Shown: positions 54,816-63,798 of the stretch, one piece after another
Numbering within the stretch: position 1 is the first letter of the stretch
How the letters are laid out: the number at the start of each line of letters is the position of its first letter
IMG/VR virus record: IMGVR_UViG_3300020047_004811
Span: 23,317-87,316 of that record
Direction: 5' to 3' (one strand)
Length of the DNA: 64,000 nt
DNA from: a virus
Lineage: Duplodnaviria; Caudoviricetes
Translations under genes and position numbers: made by a program
Notes under the pieces: model-generated
Seen by the model: only the letters and a program-made list of their open reading frames with translations
The model's database searches: none
What the model was told of the DNA's origin: nothing

Positions 54816-55342
54816 TATATTCTCCTAGCGCGCAATAAAATCTTTTTAGCTGTATCTTGATATGTTATCTCAACAGTAGCTACAAGACCTGCGGACAGAT
54901 AATATGAGTAGTTCTCAATAAGACTTGTTGGGTATGTAACTTGGACATCATCATAATTAACATTGGATAACAGCCCGAGATCACTAACCGGAAGAGAATT
55001 AGCAGTATCTACATCGTCATTATTAACTTGTAGATTGGCCGCTGTCCTTAGAGTTTGAGCATTTGTGGCCCCGCTACCAAAACTAGCTGCTCCGGTTGCA
55101 TTTCCTATCTGCGCTGCAGTCCTAAGAGCATCTGCCGGGGTGCCAAAATTGCTATCTATAGGGTTTCCATCGCCATCTGCAGTCCAACTTGCGACACTAT
55201 CCTCGTCGGCATTAATGGAAACATCAATGTCAGCGTTAACAATTGTAGCCTCGGCATCGGTCCGAATCCTACCATTATCTTCATCGTAAGCACCTTGAAG
55301 TACTTGGTTTGCATCTAATCTACTAGGAGCAGGAGCAGCCAC
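54815..55342 (-). CDS. virion structural protein
   Basis: GTG start with AGGA SD; TAATG overlap with the next gene. Confidence 0.6.
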   Translation of the reverse strand: MAAPAPSRLDANQVLQGAYDEDNGRIRTDAEATIVNADIDVSINADEDSVASWTADGDGNPIDSNFGTPADALRTAAQIGNATGAASFGSGATNAQTLRTAANLQVNNDDVDTANSLPVSDLGLLSNVNYDDVQVTYPTSLIENYSYYLSAGLVATVEITYQDTAKKILLRARRI

Positions 55343-55350
55343 GATTTATC

Positions 55351-55488
55351 CTATTTTTTATTCTTTAAATGTTTAAAATACTCAATTTGTTGAAGACGTT
55401 TCTCGGCTGCACTTTTAGAAGTCGCTGAGCCTAAGTTTTTACCCTTTTTACTCATAACTTTATATAGTTTTCCGAATTTCTTAATCAT
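55351..55488 (-). CDS. small basic conserved phage protein (45 aa, absent from ORF track)
   Basis: MIKKFGKLYKVMSKKGKNLG..SKSAAEKRLQQIEYFKH; ATGA overlap. Confidence 0.65.
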   Translation of the reverse strand: MIKKFGKLYKVMSKKGKNLGSATSKSAAEKRLQQIEYFKHLKNKK

Positions 55489-56054
55489 TTCTTACCCATC
55501 ATTCTACCAAGTTTGGAAAACATCCCTGCTTTTCTTTCTTGTTTAATTTGTTCTGGAAGTTCTTCTTCCTCTGAGATATCTCGTCGATCTCTATAAGCAG
55601 GAGAATCCTTATAATCTTTTCTAGCTCTATCTTCAACTCTCAGTTGTCTGTCTTCTTCTGCATTTCCTGCAGCTTCAGGCTTAAAAGCTTCATATATTTG
55701 CCCAGCAACTGGGATATCTCCGGCTAATTCTTCTGCAGCCATTGCGGGGTCACCTTGTAAAGCAGCAATTGTAGCTCCAGCAAATGGGAGAGCACTTAAA
55801 GCTTTTTTTCCTGCTCGGAGTGCAGCAATTTTCTCCATGAAATCTTTTCCAGAAGAGAGTTTAGTTATACCTTTTGTATCTATTTTCTCTGTTGTATTCT
55901 TAATACGAAGCGGTTCTACTATTTCTTTAGGTCCAGCTTTGATTTTCATAACATCTTGGTCAAGGGGGGAAGTATAGTCCTCACCTTTAACACCAGATGC
56001 CTTCAGTTTTTCAAGATTGCGTAAATATTCTAAAGCTTTATCTTTCTTATCCAT
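55485..56054 (-). CDS. putative internal virion protein
   Basis: C-terminal module shared with 28366-29184. Confidence 0.65.
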   Translation of the reverse strand: MDKKDKALEYLRNLEKLKASGVKGEDYTSPLDQDVMKIKAGPKEIVEPLRIKNTTEKIDTKGITKLSSGKDFMEKIAALRAGKKALSALPFAGATIAALQGDPAMAAEELAGDIPVAGQIYEAFKPEAAGNAEEDRQLRVEDRARKDYKDSPAYRDRRDISEEEELPEQIKQERKAGMFSKLGRMMGKK

Positions 56055-56673
56055 CTTTTTCCTTAAATAAATCTAAAAAATTAGGGCGAACTTTGGAAGA
56101 TTCCTGCCCTTCTTGTAATTTGTTCTTAATTTTCTCTTTTGCTTCTCCAACAGTCTCTACATCATAGAGTCCGGGATTAGAATTAATCACTCGACTAGAT
56201 ATAACATCTCGAACTTTAGTCTCGTCCGGTGCTGCCAAAAACTTACTGGCTCCGGCTTTTCCTAAATTATGTTTTATATATGCTTCTTCAGCATTGTTTA
56301 CTTTGTTTTTTTCAAGATAAAGTTTCATTAGTTCACCTTGAGTATTCATATCACCCAAACTATCCGAGCTTCCAGACTTCAATCCTTCGGCAGTCTTAGG
56401 TTGGAACTGGAACAGTCCTCGGGCAGACCCCCCTTGTAATGGTTTATTGAATTCCCCATGTTGAGATTCAAGTCCGCCAATAGCAGCAACCTCGTCGGCG
56501 GTCAAATTAGAGCCATGTGCTACGTCTCTATAGATATCATTCGGAGTTCTCTCCACGTAAGTTTTTTTGCGGCTCTGCATGAGTTGACGCAACTTTTCCA
56601 TCATAGTTCCCCCGTAGGAGTCTGTTGAGATTAATAAACCGGCGATTATTCCTAGTATTATCTTCGTTTTCAC
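56047..56673 (-). CDS. lytic transglycosylase-like (lysozyme fold) protein
   Basis: AIGGLES catalytic Glu, SARGLFQF, AYIKHNLG; N-terminal signal-like segment. Confidence 0.75.
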   Translation of the reverse strand: MKTKIILGIIAGLLISTDSYGGTMMEKLRQLMQSRKKTYVERTPNDIYRDVAHGSNLTADEVAAIGGLESQHGEFNKPLQGGSARGLFQFQPKTAEGLKSGSSDSLGDMNTQGELMKLYLEKNKVNNAEEAYIKHNLGKAGASKFLAAPDETKVRDVISSRVINSNPGLYDVETVGEAKEKIKNKLQEGQESSKVRPNFLDLFKEKDG

Positions 56674-56830
56674 CGTCGAGCCCTTTTAAATAATTATACC
56701 CAAGATGTGTAGACCTTCCAGCCAACATACTCGGGTTCACTTCTTGCTGCAATTCAATTTGTGGAACTGCAGACTTGATATCATCAGTTACTGTCTTGTC
56801 TTTTAACAAAGACAGTAGTTTGTTCCACAT
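56537..56830 (-). CDS. hypothetical protein
   Basis: TAATG overlap with portal; 3' part overlaps the next gene. Confidence 0.45.
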   Translation of the reverse strand: MWNKLLSLLKDKTVTDDIKSAVPQIELQQEVNPSMLAGRSTHLGYNYLKGLDGENEDNTRNNRRFINLNRLLRGNYDGKVASTHAEPQKNLRGENSE

Positions 56831-58899
56831 TATGTAGACCTCGGCTCCAATGCTGGATTAGGAAGTAATTCTTGTGGTACGTCTGGTTGATTAGGCATAG
56901 CTGCAGCATTAGCCTGAGGTCCTAGTTGACTAGGGTCCATGGGAGCTGCGTTAACTGGTCCCATATTTGGTCCTCCAGCCGGGGGAGGAGAGCTTGGAGG
57001 TGATCCCCCTGATCCATTTCCACCTTGTGGTCCGGGAGGCAATGCCCCACCAGCAGCCGGAGCTTGGGCTGGCTGAAGCGGCTGAATCTTAAGAATCTGT
57101 AGAACGTCAGGAGCAACAGTCCTCATCATATCAATATGTTCTTGCATATGATCGTGAACTATTCGCATAAACTCTGGATTCTGTCTAATTTCTGGATCAG
57201 AGATAACTGATCTATGTTCTTTCAAATGTAGATCATGATTGTCGAATACATCAGCATAAACCGGACGACCCTCCATAAACCACTCATTCTCAGCTTGGAT
57301 AAGGAGAAGGTCCATCATATCTGATTGAACAAGCGACTCTAGTTCGCCGGTTTCAAGAACTTGAATATACTGTTTAGCATCGATCTGTCCATTCTGTAGA
57401 AGATTATTAGCGATCTCAACTTTACCCGCGAGAGTCCGCGACAATGGATTACCAACACTTACTTTAACTCGCTTGATGTCTCCAATCATATCACCCGTAA
57501 ATTCTTTAAGATACGGGCGTTTATTCTTACCAACAAGGGTAATCATCTTAGGTGTTGTTGCGTAGTCTTTTAGAATATCAAGTAGGGTCGTCCCGACCTT
57601 TTCTAAAAATTTAACATATTGTTGTTGAAATGGCGACTGAAACTGTAGAGACATAGATTGAACTAGAGCGAGTGCGTTGCCTGAACGTAAAGAAGCTTCT
57701 GGAGCACCCTTTGTCACAGCAGACACACCAACCTGAGTATCAGCGAGATGACTCAATATTTCAACAAACTTATAGGTTTCAGGGGCGGTGGCTGTAAGAT
57801 TAACAGCTTCTGGCTTAGAGTTACCTTCGATAACATTTAGACCACCGGCGAGCTGAGAAACATTTAGATTAGCCCCGGACTGCACAAATAAATTCTGAGT
57901 CATGAACGCATTATTGTTTGTCATAATTGCGCTGTATATAGAATTAATTGCTTCTTGAATTGGGAATACGTCATACATATCTGTATAACCATATGGAGTT
58001 CCCATTATCTTCGAAGGACAGAGTCTAAATACCGGAATAGATCGGTATGGTAGCGGTAGGTCTAAGAGAACGATGTCAGAAGAAAGGAATAACATATATC
58101 GACCATTCGGCATAGCCTCGGTCTTTTTATGAAAAAATTCGTATACAGGAATGTTGTCAGTGTCATCGTTGGAGAATATAGAAAGTCTATAACTCTGTAA
58201 AGCATTCTTTGTCTCAATATTCATAATCTTATCAGCTTTTTCTGGATATTTAGCGATGAGATTATATCTGTTAATATAGCTTCTAGTAACAACCCATTCT
58301 GACTTTTCCCAAGTATCCAATGTTCCATCAACCACAACATCAAGCGGACTTAGAACACTAAATTCGAGTTCACCTTCATACTCAGCTTCCCCGGTTTCAG
58401 GATCGGCGTCATGTATTTCTCCAGCCATAGCATTCCATTCCATCTTAACGAAGGAACTACCTAATACTATAGACATTTCAGCAGCATCAACCACACATTC
58501 TTCCAGACCCTTCTGACGCATATAGTATTCAAGAATACCATTGGCTAGATAAGTTTGAGAAAGAGATTTGTAGTCGCCGTTGATAGATTGAGCTTCGAGG
58601 ATCGGCCGGTTAGCCGTAATCATACTATGGATATGTCGAGCTAGGTTACGGAAAATATTAATAGGAAGCTGAACCAGCTCCCCTTGTTCTCCAGTAAATG
58701 TAATCTCATGGGCGTTAGAATCGTCGTTGAAATTACCATAATAGTATCTAAACATATCCCGAATTTTATCAAGATATTGATTTGTTTCAAGAGTATTAAA
58801 ATAAGTATTACTCTTCTTCATTAGGTCAGCCGCAGTCTGTTCAGGACTACGGGCTGCAAAATACATCAACGATTCATCGGATTTAGTATCTTCTGACAT
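56830..58899 (-). CDS. portal protein (P22-like)
   Basis: 689 aa after TerL; portal-like helical organisation with a Pro/Gly-rich C-terminal tail. Confidence 0.85.
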   Translation of the reverse strand: MSEDTKSDESLMYFAARSPEQTAADLMKKSNTYFNTLETNQYLDKIRDMFRYYYGNFNDDSNAHEITFTGEQGELVQLPINIFRNLARHIHSMITANRPILEAQSINGDYKSLSQTYLANGILEYYMRQKGLEECVVDAAEMSIVLGSSFVKMEWNAMAGEIHDADPETGEAEYEGELEFSVLSPLDVVVDGTLDTWEKSEWVVTRSYINRYNLIAKYPEKADKIMNIETKNALQSYRLSIFSNDDTDNIPVYEFFHKKTEAMPNGRYMLFLSSDIVLLDLPLPYRSIPVFRLCPSKIMGTPYGYTDMYDVFPIQEAINSIYSAIMTNNNAFMTQNLFVQSGANLNVSQLAGGLNVIEGNSKPEAVNLTATAPETYKFVEILSHLADTQVGVSAVTKGAPEASLRSGNALALVQSMSLQFQSPFQQQYVKFLEKVGTTLLDILKDYATTPKMITLVGKNKRPYLKEFTGDMIGDIKRVKVSVGNPLSRTLAGKVEIANNLLQNGQIDAKQYIQVLETGELESLVQSDMMDLLLIQAENEWFMEGRPVYADVFDNHDLHLKEHRSVISDPEIRQNPEFMRIVHDHMQEHIDMMRTVAPDVLQILKIQPLQPAQAPAAGGALPPGPQGGNGSGGSPPSSPPPAGGPNMGPVNAAPMDPSQLGPQANAAAMPNQPDVPQELLPNPALEPRST

Positions 58900-58906
58900 A
58901 GGAACC

Positions 58907-59653
58907 TTAGAATTTATTTAGGACGTTTTTTACATACTTTAATGGAACATAGAACGTATTGTGCTCTTGTTCTGTATTTCCAGCAAACGCAACTCCAACT
59001 AGATGTCCCCATTTGTTTACAGCCGGGCTACCAGAATTACCACCATATATCACGGTTGTACTTTCTAGTGACTCATAGCTTTTTGTGCAAACCCAGCTCC
59101 TACCAAAAATCTCGCTCCAAGGGTATGGAATGTCATATATTTTGCCGGGGCAATCTTCTTTTTTCTCAACACTAAACTCAAGCTCTATATCTGTACGACC
59201 AATGTATTCACCAAATGAAGTTGTGAGTGATCTTAACCCGGGGTGTCCAACAACATATAAAGTGTCACCTTTAGTCTGATCTGAACCTAGAGTCAACGGC
59301 TTAAAATCTAAATCTTTAGCATCAACTAGACAAAGATCATGAGTTCCGTCTTCATATATAACCTTACGAAAAACATCTATTTTGAGGGATGGATGCTTAA
59401 TCCGGACATATCCATCCTTATCCTTTACACCACACACATGTTTATTAGTCATGATGAAATGTTTGCCAGATTTGGCTTCAACCATGAATCCGGTTCCGCC
59501 TCCGTTCCTATCGGCCAAGAGGACTTGAACAACTGAACCGCCGACTGAATACCTTAAATAGTGGTTATGGAGTTCCGGGGTGATGAAGGCTCCGTAGATG
59601 ACCGTCGCAGCCAAACTAACAGATTTAATAAACTTCTTAACAGATTGTAGCAT
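58907..59653 (-). CDS. trypsin-like (S1) serine protease
   Basis: Triad motifs MTNKHVC, HDLCL, GGNSGSP. Confidence 0.9.
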   Translation of the reverse strand: MLQSVKKFIKSVSLAATVIYGAFITPELHNHYLRYSVGGSVVQVLLADRNGGGTGFMVEAKSGKHFIMTNKHVCGVKDKDGYVRIKHPSLKIDVFRKVIYEDGTHDLCLVDAKDLDFKPLTLGSDQTKGDTLYVVGHPGLRSLTTSFGEYIGRTDIELEFSVEKKEDCPGKIYDIPYPWSEIFGRSWVCTKSYESLESTTVIYGGNSGSPAVNKWGHLVGVAFAGNTEQEHNTFYVPLKYVKNVLNKF

Positions 59654-59677
59654 TATTCCTCTTTTGTTTCTATTCTA

Positions 59678-59686
59678 AGTTGTTAA
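59678..59686 (-). promoter_or_regulatory. TTAACAACT motif
   Basis: Intergenic, 24 nt upstream of the protease start. Confidence 0.7.
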
Positions 59687-59688
59687 TT

Positions 59689-61155
59689 CTAGCGCCGCTT
59701 GGTTCGACTTCCAAATATAGTCTTGTAGACTTCTTTTGGGTCTAGCCTGTCGTAACCCTGTGTATTCTGGACGTGAAGATCGCGCGGGTTAAATCCGTAT
59801 GTAGCAGGGTAAGGGTTTTTGTTGAAATTAACAGCTCGGACAAAGTAAAGAAGTGCATCGACTGCATCGTAGTGTCCGTCGTCCCCGACCGACCTAGCGA
59901 AGTCATCCTTGGATGATTTATCCTTCCATCTACAATGTTTAAGATGTCTGGCTAAGGTTGTACACCTAGGATCAATAATGATCTTTTCGTTTGCTAGCAT
60001 AACTCGCAACTTATTAATGTGAGCGAGCTTGTCATGTTTGGTTGCTATTGAAAAATCAATAGGATGGGAAGGATCGTTCTTCTTAGCATAGATTCCAATC
60101 TCTTGGATTACAAATGGATTAATGTCGGAAGCACGAACATCTGGCTTGATTAATTCGTGAGTTAGATGGTTATTCCAAAGTTCTTTTTCTTTATCTTGTA
60201 GTTGTTTAGTAAAATCAGGCAGATGAATATCTTTACCTTGTTTTACAATCTCGTCCTGTATTACAATCCTATTCTCTCGGAAATCGTAATACCCATATAG
60301 AACTACAGTTAAGTCTTTAAACCCGATATCCATAGCAACATACCGAGTATAGAAAGGTGGAAGAGGGTGATTTCTAACAATCTTAGAAAGAAGTTCATCG
60401 TCTACCTCAGGAAGAACTGATAGGTTCTCATCCTTAATCATTTCGCACATATACTCCCGGCGGAACTGGGAGTTTAGAACTCCACCCTTAAACTTAGAAA
60501 TAATATTCTCTATCTTTTCTGGAGTAAGAAGGGGGTTATCATATAAAGTTTTTTTAGTTAGAAGACCATTAGCCTCTGCCAATTCCACAAACTGATTAAA
60601 CTCGTGATCTGGTTCCGGGCTTGGGGTAGAAGCAATTACAATCCGACCGCCGGTATGTGTTGTAGTTGGGAATAAAATAGAGTTAATATTATAGTCTAGG
60701 TTGTCGCAGAACCCACCCTCGTCAACAAGGATCAAATCAGATTTCTGACCACGGAGTCGTTCACAGTGTCCACCGTCTGACCCTGCGAGCTGAATCTGAC
60801 TACCATTACTAAAAACATATACATAACTAGAAGCTATATATTCAGGCTTTAAATCTTCCGGACAATCCTCGAAGATTTCTCTAAATATAGGTTCAAATAT
60901 TGTACGAGCGTGGAGCTTAGTATCTGTAAGTAGTTTAATAATAGAATTAGGTTTAGCCTGAGCTTGGATAACAGCAAATAATCCTAAGCAAAATGATTTA
61001 CCTGTTTGTCGAGAAAGAAGCCAGACTAAAGTTGAACCTTCTGGAGAGTTACTATATAAGTCCCATAGCTCTTTTTGTACGGAGTGAAACTTATATTGAA
61101 TTAGGTTTCTTCTCCATAATTCATGTTTAATCGCTAACTTACGATCTATAGACAT
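59689..61155 (-). CDS. terL: terminase large subunit
   Basis: LSRQTGKS Walker A, LILVDEGG Walker B, ASTP, MDIGFKD and HYDAVDAL nuclease acids. Confidence 0.92.
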   Translation of the reverse strand: MSIDRKLAIKHELWRRNLIQYKFHSVQKELWDLYSNSPEGSTLVWLLSRQTGKSFCLGLFAVIQAQAKPNSIIKLLTDTKLHARTIFEPIFREIFEDCPEDLKPEYIASSYVYVFSNGSQIQLAGSDGGHCERLRGQKSDLILVDEGGFCDNLDYNINSILFPTTTHTGGRIVIASTPSPEPDHEFNQFVELAEANGLLTKKTLYDNPLLTPEKIENIISKFKGGVLNSQFRREYMCEMIKDENLSVLPEVDDELLSKIVRNHPLPPFYTRYVAMDIGFKDLTVVLYGYYDFRENRIVIQDEIVKQGKDIHLPDFTKQLQDKEKELWNNHLTHELIKPDVRASDINPFVIQEIGIYAKKNDPSHPIDFSIATKHDKLAHINKLRVMLANEKIIIDPRCTTLARHLKHCRWKDKSSKDDFARSVGDDGHYDAVDALLYFVRAVNFNKNPYPATYGFNPRDLHVQNTQGYDRLDPKEVYKTIFGSRTKRR

Positions 61156-61586
61156 TAGGCACCCATTTCTTTAAGGGCTGCCATAAGTTCTTCATCGCTA
61201 ATTTTAGGTGACTCGTCTTTCTTTTCTTGTTTTCCACGAATAAGAAGAAGTGTCTTAGCGTATATTTCGCTTTTTTTACATTCTTCTAGAGTGAGTTCTC
61301 GCTGCATACTATAGTTATTAATCAATGCTAATTGAACCAAACAAATGGTCTCCGCATCGTTCCCCGGCTCGATTCCGGGAGTATCAGCACCCAAAGCTTT
61401 GAGTCTAGTATTCTCAATCGTTAGTTTCTCAAGCTGTCCGGAGAGTTCCTCCATCTTCTTTCTAAGCTCATTATTCTGTCTAGTTAAACTTACTACAACA
61501 GAAGCTTGTGCTTTCTGATAAGCTTTAGCGTCATCCTCATCTCCAGAATAGACCTCGGCGAGCTTATCAATGCTATCGTTACTCAT
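61155..61586 (-). CDS. coiled-coil protein (terminase small subunit candidate)
   Basis: Directly upstream of terL with TAATG overlap. Confidence 0.45.
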   Translation of the reverse strand: MSNDSIDKLAEVYSGDEDDAKAYQKAQASVVVSLTRQNNELRKKMEELSGQLEKLTIENTRLKALGADTPGIEPGNDAETICLVQLALINNYSMQRELTLEECKKSEIYAKTLLLIRGKQEKKDESPKISDEELMAALKEMGA

Positions 61587-61876
61587 TACCTGTCTCTCCT
61601 AAAAGTATTAGCAATTTTCCCAATACTAACATCATCTTTCATTTCTTTAATATGTTGGGCAGTCTCAGCAACCTTATCTGAAAGTTCCTTGACTTCAGAA
61701 CCGTAGTCCTTAACTTCAGACTTTTGTCTAAGCAGACAAACAACGTCATAGCAAATAACCCCGATAAGGGCTAGGGCTGCAGTTTTAAAAACATGGGGGT
61801 TGATTAGGGAGTATGTCCCGGCTAGAGTAAACAAAGCGAGGCAGATGCCCCGGTGTAATTTGTGGTACTTAGGCAC
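61586..61876 (-). CDS. two-TM membrane protein (holin/antiholin candidate)
   Basis: Two hydrophobic helices plus coiled-coil tail; downstream of the endolysin. Confidence 0.5.
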   Translation of the reverse strand: MPKYHKLHRGICLALFTLAGTYSLINPHVFKTAALALIGVICYDVVCLLRQKSEVKDYGSEVKELSDKVAETAQHIKEMKDDVSIGKIANTFRRDR

Positions 61877-61970
61877 TATAAACCTGCTTGTTAAAAAATT
61901 GAAGATATACGTTAGCTGCTTGTTTATAACGGTCGCTAGACCTGTTCAGACTTGTTTCATCTTCACAAGT

Positions 61971-61979
61971 AGTTGTTAA
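61971..61979 (-). promoter_or_regulatory. TTAACAACT motif
   Basis: At the endolysin stop, upstream of the terminase operon; variant TTAACAAGC at 61886-61894. Confidence 0.65.
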
Positions 61980-62548
61980 TAGTTCCATCTTCTTTTTCCT
62001 TTTCTGGTATCTACATGTAGGAAGTTCTTAGCCAATCCAATACTATCAAATTGTTTCGCACAAACATCCTCAAACCCCTCCATCTTCCCATCCTTAGGAA
62101 CTACGTCAACTGCGTCTCCTAATTCGTGGGTAGACTTCTTAGCTACCACGGTATTAACCCCGGAAGACCTAAGATACGCTTGGTACTGAGAACAGCGGTA
62201 TGCTGATGTAATAATCAGAGGCTGACCTTTCTCAGTTCGAACCTCTTCTAGACTATCAATTAAGTTCTTGGAAATACGTTGATCGTAGCAGTCAGGGAAA
62301 GAACATTTGCAAGTCATTTCCTTAGTGGAGAAGTGGTCACTAATCCGTCCAATATACCCCTTATTCCAATGATAGTACCCATCCTTTTCTAGATAGTAGG
62401 GCATTTTATCTGGAACATGACTATCCACACGATCAGGTCTATCCGTTGGGGATGAGGGAGAAGGTTGACTCTTCGAGCTGTTTTTGGATGCGGTGGTATG
62501 AAATGTCAATAGGCTCATGATTAATTCGACAATTTTGCTTATATTCAT
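61976..62548 (-). CDS. peptidase M15 endolysin
   Basis: HFSTKEMTCKC, ITSAYRC, STHELGDAVD, FLHVDTR Zn motifs. Confidence 0.9.
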   Translation of the reverse strand: MNISKIVELIMSLLTFHTTASKNSSKSQPSPSSPTDRPDRVDSHVPDKMPYYLEKDGYYHWNKGYIGRISDHFSTKEMTCKCSFPDCYDQRISKNLIDSLEEVRTEKGQPLIITSAYRCSQYQAYLRSSGVNTVVAKKSTHELGDAVDVVPKDGKMEGFEDVCAKQFDSIGLAKNFLHVDTRKGKRRWNY

Positions 62549-62732
62549 TTAGTTCCTCTAGTAGTATTTCTCGCATATCTCGGACTGCCGCCAACGTATC
62601 GGTAAACATCTGTTCTGCATATTCAAAGGAATTCTCATTCTCTTCATGCTCGGTAATATAATGCCAGTAATTGAGTTCCTCGATAAGGTTCCCAAACATC
62701 TCAATTTTAAGAGTTAGCTCAGGTGTTTGCAT
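62439..62732 (-). CDS. hypothetical protein
   Basis: Packed ORF overlapping the endolysin 5' region. Confidence 0.5.
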   Translation of the reverse strand: MQTPELTLKIEMFGNLIEELNYWHYITEHEENENSFEYAEQMFTDTLAAVRDMREILLEELNEYKQNCRINHEPIDISYHRIQKQLEESTFSLIPNG

Positions 62733-62931
62733 TCTTATCTCTCTTTCTTTTTTCTTTTATTTGGGTTTTAACCCGACTCCGAACGCAGCTAGGACAAGCC
62801 CTGCCGCTCCATTGAGCCCCCTCAGCATTAACAAACCGCTTGTTCCGACCGTCTGGGAAGTACCCATCCTGCTTCCGCACTTCGAGCCCCCCACACTTCC
62901 TACACTGACTTACATTGATTTCATCTTCCAT
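62719..62931 (-). CDS. C4 Zn-finger protein
   Basis: CRKC...CPSC followed by a basic tail. Confidence 0.65.
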   Translation of the reverse strand: MEDEINVSQCRKCGGLEVRKQDGYFPDGRNKRFVNAEGAQWSGRACPSCVRSRVKTQIKEKRKRDKNANT

Positions 62932-62939
62932 ATAGAAAC

Positions 62940-62948
62940 AGTTGTTAA
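62940..62948 (-). promoter_or_regulatory. TTAACAACT motif
   Basis: 8 nt upstream of ATG 62931. Confidence 0.7.
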
Positions 62949-62978
62949 AGGAGCGAAGCTCCTCTTTATATAGTATAT

Positions 62979-63485
62979 CTATTTAATATCTAGTAACTCC
63001 GTCTGCATGTCTAGTAAGAACGCCTTAGTGTCGGCGTTAACAGAATACACAGGCAATCGAAATGGATTGTCCTCTCCATAGTACATATCAATAAAATCAC
63101 TTGCCTCCCTAGCAGTCTTGAACCTACCCACAACCCTTTCCTCGCCTCTAGCAGATACCAACCTTACATCCATCATCTTAAACCCAGAACTCGGGACTAC
63201 CCTAACTCTGTAAACTAGAGCCTTTCTCTTGTAGATATGCTTGCTATACATGTTTCTATAATACTCAGTATGGAGCTTCAAAGTTTCCAAATCTGAGCCA
63301 GTAGACTCAACTCTCAGAGTTAGTCCGGACTGCCCTCCAAACTCTGTATATAGCCTCAATAGCTCAGCCCCCATGCTAGTTGTATAGTTTACAATAACAT
63401 CGTCCCCGACTGTCAAAATAACTACCCCTGACCGGGGCAACCCAAGTACCTCGTCAAGTATCATTTGGTTTCTCCACATGCCCAA
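62979..63485 (-). CDS. hypothetical protein (possibly degenerate GIY-YIG plus AP2-like)
   Basis: SGVVIL..VIVNYT and VGRFKTAREA patterns; weak. Confidence 0.5.
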   Translation of the reverse strand: MGMWRNQMILDEVLGLPRSGVVILTVGDDVIVNYTTSMGAELLRLYTEFGGQSGLTLRVESTGSDLETLKLHTEYYRNMYSKHIYKRKALVYRVRVVPSSGFKMMDVRLVSARGEERVVGRFKTAREASDFIDMYYGEDNPFRLPVYSVNADTKAFLLDMQTELLDIK

Positions 63486-63645
63486 TCCGACTCCTCCGTC
63501 TTTTATTTACCCGACTACCAAGCTCGTTCAGCAAATCTTCCGATAAGTCCCAGTTCCTTACTTTCCTTATCCGCTTCCTAGCTACCCATTGTTGGGACTT
63601 TACGGACTCGTAGGAATCATAATAGCGCCTTTTCTTCTTTGCCAT
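63454..63645 (-). CDS. small basic protein
   Basis: GGGGA SD; Arg/Lys-rich. Confidence 0.55.
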   Translation of the reverse strand: MAKKKRRYYDSYESVKSQQWVARKRIRKVRNWDLSEDLLNELGSRVNKRRRSRIGHVEKPNDT

Positions 63646-63700
63646 AGTCCCCGATGTTTCTAGAAAACAAACATTGTATTAGTATGTTGAACTCATGTAA

Positions 63701-63709
63701 AGTTGTTAA
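63701..63709 (-). promoter_or_regulatory. TTAACAACT motif
   Basis: Intergenic, 55 nt upstream of gene start 63645. Confidence 0.7.
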
Positions 63710-63768
63710 GGTTATCCACACCTTAACCCACCCAAAAAACCAATGTTTCTATACCCACCCAATCACCC

Positions 63769-63798
63769 ATCATACTGAAAACACTAGGACCTTGTCAA
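63769..63798 (-). promoter_or_regulatory. sigma70-type promoter, minus strand
   Basis: TTGACA (63798-93), 18 nt spacer, TATGAT (63774-69). Confidence 0.6.
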
